Counted from the first letter of the stretch, positions 1 to 7,555 are shown. The stretch: 10,481 nucleotides of DNA from a virus (IMGVR_UViG_2671180963_000001:1-10481); one strand, 5' to 3'. Translations and numbers: made by a program. Notes: generated by a model from the letters alone, not told the origin.

Positions 1-267
1 TCAGCTGTGATCGTCATATTTGCCTGCTTCTGCTTTATTTTTCTGCTGTCGCAGATCATATGCATACTGAAGACGTAACCAAAAATCAGGAGTGCTTCCC
101 ATTATTGCTGCGATCGGAACGGCCTGCTCAGCGGTTAACGCCATTTTCCCTTCTAAAAAAGCTGGCTGGATGCCAGTTTCTTCGATAAATCGGTTAACAC
201 TAATGCCCATCTCAGCCAACTCTCTGGCAATAATTTCGCCCGGATGAGACACATCAAATTGCTGCAT
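1..267 (-). CDS. HigA-family (XRE/COG3093-type) helix-turn-helix antitoxin-like DNA-binding protein, 88 aa
   Basis: Complete ORF: ATG at 267..265, TGA at 3..1. Sequence (HPGEII...NRFIEETGIQ...LEGKMALTAEQAV...GSTPDFWLRLQ) matches my recollection of the HigA/VapI antidote HTH family. SD-like AGGA about 10 nt upstream. An 18-bp perfect palindrome lies 25 bp upstream of the start. Confidence 0.65.
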   Translation of the reverse strand: MQQFDVSHPGEIIARELAEMGISVNRFIEETGIQPAFLEGKMALTAEQAVPIAAIMGSTPDFWLRLQYAYDLRQQKNKAEAGKYDDHS

Positions 268-291
268 AACTAATCATCCTGTCAGATGCGG

Positions 292-309
292 ATTTGCGCA
301 TGCGCAAAT
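292..309. promoter_or_regulatory. 18-bp perfect palindrome ATTTGCGCATGCGCAAAT (copy 1), putative operator between the 104-aa ORF and the HigA-like gene
   Basis: Read directly: its reverse complement equals itself, and an identical copy occurs at 667..684. It sits in the 58-bp spacer just upstream of the HigA-like RBS and start. Confidence 0.5.
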
Positions 310-325
310 TATCACTTTGAGCATG

Positions 326-640
326 TTAGATCGATTGTTCAAAGTAACGGGCCAGAGCCGTATAAATCAGTCGGTTTAACGGTTGTTGATCGTCTTCGGC
401 CTGCTGTTTCGCTCGTTTGATCGTATCCGGATGGAACCAGATCCCCTGATAATCTGAGCCTTTCGGACTGGAGAAGTACCGTATGTGTACATGCCCTGCT
501 TTTCGTTGGTTCAGATACCACTCAACGATTTCACTGGCTATGTCGGCCTTTAACTCATCGCGAATGCCTGCCAGATTATTAACCGGCTGGATTAACTCAT
601 CTTCAATTTTCAGTCGGATAAACTTCAACTTTGTAGCCAT
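326..640 (-). CDS. Hypothetical 104-aa protein immediately upstream of the HigA-like gene; possible toxin partner or phage accessory protein
   Basis: ATG at 640..638 preceded by GGGGA (rc of 645..649); TAA at 328..326. The ORF track extends it to 778 (150 aa) using a GTG that overlaps the pIV stop as GTGA; I prefer the ATG because the palindromic operator and RBS sit directly upstream. I recognise no family. Confidence 0.45.
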   Translation of the reverse strand: MATKLKFIRLKIEDELIQPVNNLAGIRDELKADIASEIVEWYLNQRKAGHVHIRYFSSPKGSDYQGIWFHPDTIKRAKQQAEDDQQPLNRLIYTALARYFEQSI

Positions 641-666
641 AGATTCCCCATAAGAATTGACGAGAA

Positions 667-684
667 ATTTGCGCATGCGCAAAT
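667..684. promoter_or_regulatory. 18-bp perfect palindrome ATTTGCGCATGCGCAAAT (copy 2), putative operator upstream of the 104-aa ORF
   Basis: Identical to the copy at 292..309, located 27 bp upstream of the ATG at 640. Two identical dyad sites before consecutive genes suggest autoregulation by the HTH protein. Confidence 0.5.
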
Positions 685-774
685 CACGCCGTTCATGATT
701 TACACAATCAATCAACAGTCGGTGTCTCAGTACGGCCAGCTCCTCACGGAGCTGCGGGGCTGGCCGCCCTGCTC

Positions 775-1986
775 TCACCGCCTGATTTTTCTGGCCTGAA
801 GTACAATAATGATGTCTGTTTTTGCTTTTTCAGTTGCCGTTGTTCCGAACCATGACGGCAAAAATGACAGGCCCGTATCTGCATTACTGTCTTTATTCTC
901 AGCCAGACCACCAAGTAAAATTATGTCGCCATCCTTGAGCGAAACATCGGTGTTCACCTCCCGTTTAATGAGCGTCGGGCTGTTATTCACCCCAGTCTCT
1001 GTTTTTGCAAAATTAGACAGTTGCTGATGAATATTAAGGTCAATCGTAGCAGCCCGGATTTGCGGCTGAACGTTAAAAATTACGCCACTTGAACGATAAT
1101 CAATGGACTGAACCGGACGACCATCAACATAGCTGACCTGACCGAGTACCGGCACGTCAGATCCCACAGAAAATGATGCTTTAGAGCCATTTCTGACCCG
1201 CAATTGTGGCGAACTGACGACGTGAAAACGGCTGTCTGTTCTGAACAACTCATAAAGTGCATCGAGCGATCCAGAACTGAAACGGACAAAGTTGCTGAGT
1301 CCTTGTGCAGTACCCGTTTCTATTGTGAATTTTCCCGACATAAGTTTGGCAGCCAGTGCCAGGCCAGAACCATTTCGCTCAGACGTCTGAACCTCAAACA
1401 CGTACCCGGCGACAATAACTTCTTCGGCGGCCCGGTCGATAAGAGGAAGCAAATCTTCGACCCGCTGAATGTCTTTTTTCGTACCGTAAAAAACAAGTAC
1501 ATCCCCATTTCTGCTCAAAAAATCGGATGCGGTATTGTCTTTAATCATCGCAGGAGAAACATCGCCATGCCCTATTTGCCCACCATTTGAAAATGACCCG
1601 CTCACTTGTGACTGAAGAATATCAGCCAGATAAGCAACAGAACGGTACTGTGGTGTGTAAACAAATGAATATTTCGGGGCTTCGTATACTTTTTTCTCCT
1701 GGAGATAAAAGTAATCCACACCATTTTTTCTGGCTACAGAGACCCCGGCATTCTGGAGATAACGCATAATAAACGTATACTCATCCATATCTGGCGTAAT
1801 ATTGAAATTAACTTGTCGTTTGTCCGTGATAAGTTCAGGAGAAACCATGAACGGTTTTCTCATAACTTCAGTATAAAACAAAGTAATGGCATCATTAAGC
1901 GTTAATCCTGAGAGATTCAGTATAACGCCTTTTGATAATGCAGGTGGAATCATAAATACCACTATTATGATATAAAATAATTTCAT
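775..1986 (-). CDS. Filamentous-phage secretin (pIV-like, GspD/PulD secretin family), about 403 aa
   Basis: C-terminal secretin domain motifs (SSPQLRVRNGSKASFSVGSDVPV..., TLIKREVNTDVSLKDGDIILLGGL). N-terminal signal peptide from MKLFYIIIVVFMIPPALS. Start taken at ATG 1986..1984 with GGGGG RBS, 1 nt after the pI stop, rather than the track's upstream start at 2034. TGA at 777..775. Confidence 0.85.
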   Translation of the reverse strand: MKLFYIIIVVFMIPPALSKGVILNLSGLTLNDAITLFYTEVMRKPFMVSPELITDKRQVNFNITPDMDEYTFIMRYLQNAGVSVARKNGVDYFYLQEKKVYEAPKYSFVYTPQYRSVAYLADILQSQVSGSFSNGGQIGHGDVSPAMIKDNTASDFLSRNGDVLVFYGTKKDIQRVEDLLPLIDRAAEEVIVAGYVFEVQTSERNGSGLALAAKLMSGKFTIETGTAQGLSNFVRFSSGSLDALYELFRTDSRFHVVSSPQLRVRNGSKASFSVGSDVPVLGQVSYVDGRPVQSIDYRSSGVIFNVQPQIRAATIDLNIHQQLSNFAKTETGVNNSPTLIKREVNTDVSLKDGDIILLGGLAENKDSNADTGLSFLPSWFGTTATEKAKTDIIIVLQARKIRR

Positions 1987-1987
1987 A

Positions 1988-3013
1988 TTAACCCCCAGTA
2001 AAATAGGTGACAATTTCACCATCAATGATTCCACTTAAAGTAAAACCTTCTCCGTCGAACTGATTTGCCGGTAGCGTTCTAAACCGACCATTGCTGTCTG
2101 TAAGAACCACCTTGCTGACATAATCTGATTTTAACTCCCCGGCAATACGCCAGCGCTTTGAGTACGGGACATCAGGTTTCGCAATCTTTGCTGATGAAGG
2201 CAGTACAACTTCCGGTTCGGTATGTTTCGGCTCTGGTACTGACTCACCTCTAATATCCACCCAGACCGTTCTTATTGAATATATAGAAGCCAGTACAATA
2301 AATAATAAAAATGCAATTTTTACCCAAAGAAAGGCGGATGAAAAAACGTTTTGTCTAGAGTCTGTTGTCGCTTCCATTCCGTTAGTGGTTTCATAAGATT
2401 TGTATAATTCAAAAACGGCTTTTTTGTACTGATAGTTACGAGTACTGACTTTATTATTTTTGAATACTTTGGCACCAGAAAAAACATCGACACGATATGA
2501 CTTTGATAGCCCCAGAGATTTTAGCTTGGTCATCCGGTATGTCGATTCAATACGCTCTTTAAGATACCGGGGTACACCATCTACACCCTGATTGATGATG
2601 ACCAAATCACATGATACCCCACTAACAGCATGTGTCATATGACGGTGCATTGAAATAAATCTTTTATGTGCCTCAGATAGTTTTGAGTCCGATGGCCATA
2701 TTGACCATAATTCATCAAGACAAATCAGATCACCATATTCACAAAATGCTGCTTTTTGTTCTGAAGATTCATCATCAGAGTAAAAAGGGAAGAAATCATC
2801 CTTTAATATTTCATCCGTCGATGCGAAAACAACACGACCAGGCTGCTTAGTCTTGAATTTAGAACGACAATACTCATGTATTTTCTCTTCATTTATCCCT
2901 TTGATATTGGTGATTACACGGCGGCCTGCTGAAACCGCAGGGATAATAACACTGTAAACAACCTCGTATGTTTTACCGCTCCCCATCACACCCATATACA
3001 ATGATACAGCCAT
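1988..3013 (-). CDS. Zot-like assembly ATPase (pI-like, zonula occludens toxin family P-loop NTPase), 341 aa
   Basis: Walker A motif GVMGSGKT near the N-terminus and a hydrophobic transmembrane segment (WVKIAFLLFIVLASIY) in the C-terminal half, the typical pI/Zot architecture. Start ATG 3013..3011 lies 4 nt after the pVI stop. Confidence 0.88.
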   Translation of the reverse strand: MAVSLYMGVMGSGKTYEVVYSVIIPAVSAGRRVITNIKGINEEKIHEYCRSKFKTKQPGRVVFASTDEILKDDFFPFYSDDESSEQKAAFCEYGDLICLDELWSIWPSDSKLSEAHKRFISMHRHMTHAVSGVSCDLVIINQGVDGVPRYLKERIESTYRMTKLKSLGLSKSYRVDVFSGAKVFKNNKVSTRNYQYKKAVFELYKSYETTNGMEATTDSRQNVFSSAFLWVKIAFLLFIVLASIYSIRTVWVDIRGESVPEPKHTEPEVVLPSSAKIAKPDVPYSKRWRIAGELKSDYVSKVVLTDSNGRFRTLPANQFDGEGFTLSGIIDGEIVTYFTGG

Positions 3014-3017
3014 AAAA

Positions 3018-3305
3018 TTATCCTATTACCGGAATTCGACGAATAATAAAGCGAGTCACAAAAGCTGAAAGTATTATGTTAATCCCATCTATAACTTTAA
3101 AAACAGAGAAGAAATATTTCAGGCTATCTGGAATACTTGAAATTAACGCAAGAAGTGGGAGTTGGCGATTAACCATATCGAGAATAAGCGGCACGAATTC
3201 CTGCACAATAAAATACAATGCAAAAAACACCGTAAACTTCACAATAACTGAGCGCAATAAAAACCCAAGAACGCCATATAAAACAGAGGTCATGATGCCA
3301 AACAT
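3018..3305 (-). CDS. pVI-like minor coat protein, 95 aa, highly hydrophobic
   Basis: Position between pIII-like and pI-like genes as in Ff phages; strongly hydrophobic composition; AGGTGA RBS. Assigned by synteny and composition, not motif. Confidence 0.6.
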   Translation of the reverse strand: MFGIMTSVLYGVLGFLLRSVIVKFTVFFALYFIVQEFVPLILDMVNRQLPLLALISSIPDSLKYFFSVFKVIDGINIILSAFVTRFIIRRIPVIG

Positions 3306-3314
3306 AAATCACCT

Positions 3315-4580
3315 TTATGCAGAAAGGATAATTCTGAACGCTGCTATTGAGTAAATGAACAGAAAAATAACACCAATCATCGCAGCGTTATTATTTAGTA
3401 ATGTACAATGTGTTTCTAACTTATATTGTCCGTTAAAAACATCCAGTACAGGTTTTGGACACTCCGCATATTTAATTCTTTCGCTTTCTGCATTAAGTGC
3501 ACCGGCTGAATCTTCAAAGGGGTTGAATGATAATAATGGAGATAAAATTTCAGTACCTGCAGGTATATTTTCCAGTTCAGGCGGCCCAATACCAGGATCA
3601 TCACCAAGATTAACCTGTTCTCCTGTCGATGGATTGGTTGGTGTTGTCCCTGTTGTGTCAGCAGGTAGTGTAAAATCGGGTTTGTCTGACGGTTTGAGAA
3701 AGTCAGATACAGCGGGCTTTGCAGCACCAGTTGAAGCAGTTACATCACGCGCTGTCACTGGTCTGGTGTGGTCGTATGCAAAACCAGAATACCCTGCTTC
3801 GGAGGCTGCTTTTTGCCATGCATTATTCACAACATCAGAAATAACTTCTGGCGAAAGATCTGTCTGCATTTCCGTATCTGAAATGCTATTAATAGCATCC
3901 TGTACGCTAACGGTTTTAATTACTTCATTACTACCCGGCACATAATCAGGCTGACATGTAGGCATAACCTTATTTGTACCGCAGGAAACAAGGTTTGCAG
4001 TTCGTGATGCCCAAAGCTGTGTTTTAGATGAATCAATATAAAATTTGATGGTTCTTAAATCAGACCTTGTCGGGTCTGCATTATATTGCTCAACTATGTA
4101 TGTCTGACAGAACGTCGGATTATGCTGGCATATCGACTGAGCTCCCTCAGTTGCTGTAACATAGCTTTCTGCGCCAATATTCCAGTAAAACCCTTTAACA
4201 CCCTGCTCTCCCGTTATTTCTTTTACTTTGATTTGTACGGAGTCCTCAGTTTCAATTAGCCATGCCACCGCACCGGAAGCGGCAAGAGCTATAAGCGTAC
4301 CGCGGCTTAACAAAGCCCCTCTGAGTCCAACTGATAACCACGAACGACCAGAGACACCTGCAACGGTATAAGCTTTCGAACCTGAAGCGGTAGAATTTAG
4401 ATAACCTGAAATACCTTTTAATGTTCCGTAGTATCGAGGATCATTCGCTGAGAAACCACGCTGTGTAATTTTATTTTTAATGGTTCCTGAAATGGTCTGA
4501 TTAATAACAGCTGCGTTCTCTGCACTGTATGAATAAAAGCTAATGATAGATAACAACAATGCAATTAAAAGAGTTTTCAT
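3315..4580 (-). CDS. pIII-like adsorption / minor coat protein, 421 aa
   Basis: N-terminal signal peptide (MKTLLIALLLSIISFYSYSA), internal Pro/Gly/Thr-rich linker (TTGTTPTNPSTGEQVNLGDDPGIGPPELENIP), C-terminal hydrophobic membrane anchor (AAMIGVIFLFIYSIAAF). Strong RBS AGGAGGG upstream of ATG 4580. Confidence 0.72.
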   Translation of the reverse strand: MKTLLIALLLSIISFYSYSAENAAVINQTISGTIKNKITQRGFSANDPRYYGTLKGISGYLNSTASGSKAYTVAGVSGRSWLSVGLRGALLSRGTLIALAASGAVAWLIETEDSVQIKVKEITGEQGVKGFYWNIGAESYVTATEGAQSICQHNPTFCQTYIVEQYNADPTRSDLRTIKFYIDSSKTQLWASRTANLVSCGTNKVMPTCQPDYVPGSNEVIKTVSVQDAINSISDTEMQTDLSPEVISDVVNNAWQKAASEAGYSGFAYDHTRPVTARDVTASTGAAKPAVSDFLKPSDKPDFTLPADTTGTTPTNPSTGEQVNLGDDPGIGPPELENIPAGTEILSPLLSFNPFEDSAGALNAESERIKYAECPKPVLDVFNGQYKLETHCTLLNNNAAMIGVIFLFIYSIAAFRIILSA

Positions 4581-4677
4581 TTACCCTCCTAATCCTTTTA
4601 TTACTGCCCAGGCACAAAGAAGCCCCCAGAGAAAACAGGTAATTAGCCAGAAATGTAATATCACAGAAACTCCTGAA

Positions 4678-4695
4678 GGCAGGGTTTCCCCTGCC
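4678..4695 (-). terminator. GC-rich hairpin (7-bp stem GGCAGGG/CCCTGCC, 4-nt loop) just downstream of the major coat gene; possible attenuator/terminator
   Basis: Inverted repeat read directly, about 8 nt past the pVIII stop on the minus strand. The downstream tract is only moderately U-rich, so termination is weakly supported. An analogous terminator follows gene VIII in Ff phages. Confidence 0.25.
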
Positions 4696-4702
4696 CGTAT
4701 TA

Positions 4703-4924
4703 TCAGGCCCCACGGATCATACGCAGAACTGTTTTTGCCCCGGCAATGGAGGCATAAAGACCAACCAAAATCCCGGCTACGGACATAATTGCCACAATTA
4801 CACTGTCGAATGACACTGCATTAGTCAATGCAGTAAAATCCACTCCGGCAGACTCTGCTGCATTAGCCAGAAAAGGTACTACGGAAGCAATAACAACAGC
4901 TGATTTCAAAATGGTCTTTTTCAT
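4703..4924 (-). CDS. Major coat protein (pVIII-like) precursor, 73 aa
   Basis: Signal peptide MKKTILKSAVVIASVVPFLANA followed by an acidic N-terminus, hydrophobic core and basic C-terminus (KTVLRMIRGA), the classic pVIII layout. Start taken at the internal ATG 4924..4922 (track ORF extends to 5014). Confidence 0.75.
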   Translation of the reverse strand: MKKTILKSAVVIASVVPFLANAAESAGVDFTALTNAVSFDSVIVAIMSVAGILVGLYASIAGAKTVLRMIRGA

Positions 4925-4926
4925 AA

Positions 4927-5145
4927 TTAGGCTCTCTTTATCATATTTAAAACGAGTCCAATACAGTGTGATACTAAATAAAGGACGATTACAGAGGTAA
5001 AAGCAGTTCCCCATACCAGTGCAATATCTTCTGCCGGAGGGAGCTGCTGATATGGCAACTCAGAGGAATTTAATGTTATTATCTGGCAGTTCTGCTCAGT
5101 ATTGCCATCACAAATCTTACCAGTCATTATATTCTGAGAAGCCAT
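4927..5145 (-). CDS. Small membrane protein (72 aa) in the gVII/gIX position; putative minor coat or assembly protein
   Basis: Lies between the gV-like and pVIII-like genes; C-terminal hydrophobic segment (IALVWGTAFTSVIVLYLVSHCIGLVL); RBS AAGGT overlaps the gV stop; its stop is 2 nt before the pVIII start. Confidence 0.45.
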   Translation of the reverse strand: MASQNIMTGKICDGNTEQNCQIITLNSSELPYQQLPPAEDIALVWGTAFTSVIVLYLVSHCIGLVLNMIKRA

Positions 5146-5154
5146 AGCGATACC

Positions 5155-5442
5155 TTATTTAGTCTGTTCTTTATTTTCCTGATATGGAATCAGAACGATT
5201 CTTCCTACCCGTAATTTCTGGAAATCACCGACGTAAATACTGGATGGATGTAATGTATATAATCCCGCCGGGTATGGTGCCTGACCCGCGTCAAGATTCA
5301 ACTTGAAGAGTTGTGGATAATCCTGGCCAAGAAAAATATATGCAGACTGCTCATTAATTGTATACGCCTGCCCGGTCGACTTCGACACGCCAGAACGCGT
5401 ATCGGCAATGGCCTGAGACTGTTTAATTTCAATCTTAATCAT
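5155..5442 (-). CDS. ssDNA-binding protein (gene V protein-like), 95 aa
   Basis: Recognisable similarity to M13 gene V protein as I recall it (MIKVEIKPSQAQFTTRSGVSRQGKPYSLNEQLCYVDLG...GLYTVHLSSFKVGQF versus MIKIEIKQSQAIADTRSGVSKSTGQAYTINEQSAYIFLG...GLYTLHPSSIYVGDF). AGAGGA RBS. Confidence 0.9.
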   Translation of the reverse strand: MIKIEIKQSQAIADTRSGVSKSTGQAYTINEQSAYIFLGQDYPQLFKLNLDAGQAPYPAGLYTLHPSSIYVGDFQKLRVGRIVLIPYQENKEQTK

Positions 5443-5454
5443 TTAAATATCCTC

Positions 5455-6570
5455 TTATGCAACATGCAAATAACGTGGTTTCACATACCATGATGGAATA
5501 AAGCATTCACTTACTGATACTTCTCTCACTTTCTTAACAATAACGGGGCTAAATTTGGAAATATTACACCGCTGAGCAATGTCAATACCTATTTTTCTAA
5601 GCCTGGCACGATGGGTTTGCACCTGTGTTTTAGAAAAATCAAATGAGTGACCGTGCATCCACTGGATAGCATACATCGCAGTGGTATTCGCTGATCGAGT
5701 TGAGTCAACAATGCCTTCACTGATTAAATGTTCACTAATCGTTTCAAAATCCATCGACGTCACCATAAGCTTTTTATCAAGAGCTAAAAAATCATCATGT
5801 AAATTATTGAGTATTGAATAGTCGGAAAGCCCCCAGTAAATAAGATGGTTACGTTGCAGATACCGGGATTTAAGTTTTTGCTCAAATCTGACTACGCCCT
5901 GTTCCTGACAGAAATCAATAATCTTTTTGATGTATGAAACTTCAGCTGATGAATCCCCGAATTTATTCTTTATTTTATTAAGGGAGTGAAGCTTAATTTC
6001 ATGTGCTTTATTATATACAGTCGGATAAATGAGCAAGGCGTTTCCTTTTTTGGATAGCCAGTCAACTGATTTACCGTTGCTGTGTAATCGCGGCTCACTA
6101 TTGCGATACCGTAATGTTGAAAGGCCCGATATATAGTCATCTACATTATCTGCTCCGACTGTTCGGTTGGATGTAATGTGAATTTCACGAATACATGCGC
6201 CATCAGTAACCGTTCCGGCCTTTTCAGTTTCACTTGCCTGTCTCTGCCACAATTTCGTACATTTTGTGAATTCCGGCAGACCAAGGTCATTCAGGATCCG
6301 GTTGTATACCTGTACACAGGCATCAACAGAAGTGTGACCAAACAAATTGTCCAGTCTGTTCCATCGGGATGGATTTCCCGACATTTTCAGAATCGAACCT
6401 TTAATCGATATCGAAACCTGATCGCAAAAAGATCCTTTATGTTGAAACACAGGCTGATTCAGTGAACCGGCCTCCCCTGTTTCAAGCTGAATGCGCTGAT
6501 AAGCCACTTCACCCAGGATAGGAAGCTGGTAACCAAAGTCCTGTTCGATGGTAAGCCAGTCAAAAAACAT
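5455..6570 (-). CDS. Rolling-circle replication initiation protein (gII-like), about 371 aa
   Basis: Similarity to Ff gene II protein in the C-terminal half (VRFEQKLKSRYLQ resembles M13 VRFEARIKTRYLK). Start taken at ATG 6570..6568 with GGGAG RBS. The track's start at 6654 is a TTG with no RBS and falls inside a putative promoter. Confidence 0.8.
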   Translation of the reverse strand: MFFDWLTIEQDFGYQLPILGEVAYQRIQLETGEAGSLNQPVFQHKGSFCDQVSISIKGSILKMSGNPSRWNRLDNLFGHTSVDACVQVYNRILNDLGLPEFTKCTKLWQRQASETEKAGTVTDGACIREIHITSNRTVGADNVDDYISGLSTLRYRNSEPRLHSNGKSVDWLSKKGNALLIYPTVYNKAHEIKLHSLNKIKNKFGDSSAEVSYIKKIIDFCQEQGVVRFEQKLKSRYLQRNHLIYWGLSDYSILNNLHDDFLALDKKLMVTSMDFETISEHLISEGIVDSTRSANTTAMYAIQWMHGHSFDFSKTQVQTHRARLRKIGIDIAQRCNISKFSPVIVKKVREVSVSECFIPSWYVKPRYLHVA

Positions 6571-6629
6571 GTGTCTCCCGGAATTGACGCGCAAGGGTCT
6601 AAACTGATCTTTAACGGTGTCAGTTATAC

Positions 6630-6685
6630 TAAATTGGAGAGATCTCAGTGTCAATATAATTGATACCGTAAAATGTCAAAACTGA
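6630..6685. promoter_or_regulatory. Divergent, overlapping promoter region between the rep gene and the CI-like regulator gene (putative genetic switch)
   Basis: Minus strand: TTGACA (rc of 6674..6679), 15-bp spacer, TATATT (rc of 6653..6658), driving rep. Plus strand: perfect TATAAT at 6655..6660 with a weak -35 TTGGAG at 6634..6639, driving the regulator. Motif-level only. Confidence 0.35.
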
Positions 6686-6720
6686 CCCTCGGTGTCAGCA
6701 TGCTAAAAACAGGAGGTAGA

Positions 6721-7206
6721 ATGAATGCCTGTATGAATAAAACAGAGAGTTCACTGGTAATGGCAGCAGACAAAGCATGCGCAGAAAGGATCAAACAATC
6801 GATTCTTCAGAACTTCACGTACGATGATATTGAAAATGAAACCGGGATCAGTGTCAGTACATTGAAACGCCTGGCATCTGGTGACCGTGAACCGAAACTC
6901 ATCGAAATTCGACAGATTGCAAAAGCTACAGGAAGGAATCCGGTTTGGTTGGCGTTTGGAAACGACGCAGGTTATGAAATTGAAACCGTGTCCGCAGATA
7001 TGAAATTAGTTGAGCCAACAGCCAGGTACGAAATTAAAGGAGCTACAGATAGCTCAGCCGATCATGAAGTAAAGATCAGGGTCATCGCTGCGATAAAAGA
7101 CATGCGTTTGGAAGATGTTGTTTTTATTGAAAGAATGACAGAGTTACTCAATCTCCAGAATACAATTCAGAACATTTCTGGACGAAAAATGAAGCCGCCA
7201 AGATGA
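6721..7206 (+). CDS. Phage CI-like repressor family HTH regulator, 161 aa
   Basis: HTH region ETGISVSTLKRLASGDREPKLIEIRQIAKATGRNPVWLAFGND resembles the phage CI-repressor N-terminal DNA-binding domain. Transcribed divergently from rep. Start taken at ATG 6721 four nt after AGGAGG (6711..6716); the track starts at 6673. Confidence 0.6.
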   Translation: MNACMNKTESSLVMAADKACAERIKQSILQNFTYDDIENETGISVSTLKRLASGDREPKLIEIRQIAKATGRNPVWLAFGNDAGYEIETVSADMKLVEPTARYEIKGATDSSADHEVKIRVIAAIKDMRLEDVVFIERMTELLNLQNTIQNISGRKMKPPR

Positions 7207-7213
7207 TAACGTG

Positions 7214-7258
7214 CCCCGGGAAACCGGGGTAAAGTTCGGGTGTCACAGAACCCCGAAC
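7214..7258. other. Cluster of GC-rich hairpins in the regulator/ORF76 spacer
   Basis: Hairpin 1 at 7214..7229 (CCCCGG GAAA CCGGGG, GNRA-type loop). Hairpin 2 at 7234..7258 (GTTCGGG, 11-nt loop, CCCGAAC). No U-tract follows either, so they are not canonical terminators. Confidence 0.4.
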
Positions 7259-7324
7259 CGCTTCGCGGCACAAAATCGACAAAACACAGCAGTAATACCC
7301 CACTACCTTTCGAAAGGATCAGAA

Positions 7325-7555
7325 ATGCATAACGAAATTGAGAAGTGGCTGAATGAACAAGCCAATGATAATCCAGTTGCGCGAGCTGAACTGGCAAGAA
7401 CTCTTGTCAAAAAAGTTTATGATTTTGTTAAGTTTAATCGCCCTGAGGGTGAGGGGCTGGATGGTCGTGATGGCCCGGAAAGGCAAAGTCTGGCTAAAAT
7501 TGTTGATGCAGCAGAAGATCACTATATAAACATGTGCGAAATAAAAAACAAGTAA
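7325..7555 (+). CDS. Hypothetical small protein, 76 aa
   Basis: ATG 7325 six nt after AGGA (7315..7318); TAA at 7553..7555. The track ORF starts at 7211, probably at a non-ATG codon. No family recognised. Confidence 0.45.
   Translation: MHNEIEKWLNEQANDNPVARAELARTLVKKVYDFVKFNRPEGEGLDGRDGPERQSLAKIVDAAEDHYINMCEIKNK

Noticed and set aside
326-778. 150-aa extended form of the ORF upstream of the HigA-like gene
   Set aside because: It starts at a GTG and would place the 18-bp palindrome inside the coding sequence. The internal ATG at 640 with a GGGGA RBS directly downstream of the palindrome is more plausible. Kept as an alternative.
3355-3945. 196-aa plus-strand ORF, and other opposite-strand ORFs in the track (809..1027, 1204..1590, 1587..1769, 2668..2850, 3076..3354, 6178..6465, 8694..9149, 9072..9302 and similar)
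   Set aside because: Each lies entirely inside a well-supported gene on the other strand (phage structural genes, rep, hipA), has no RBS and no recognisable family. Treated as shadow ORFs.
6605-6622. GATCTTTAACGGTG, resembling the Ff plus-strand origin nick motif (TCTTTAATAGTG)
   Set aside because: It is on the window plus strand, which is the phage minus strand given the gene orientation. The nick site should be on the coding-sense strand, so the match is probably coincidental.
7211-7555. 114-aa form of the ORF76 gene starting at 7211
   Set aside because: The N-terminal extension runs through the GC-rich hairpin cluster and probably starts at a non-ATG codon. The ATG at 7325 has a properly spaced AGGA RBS.
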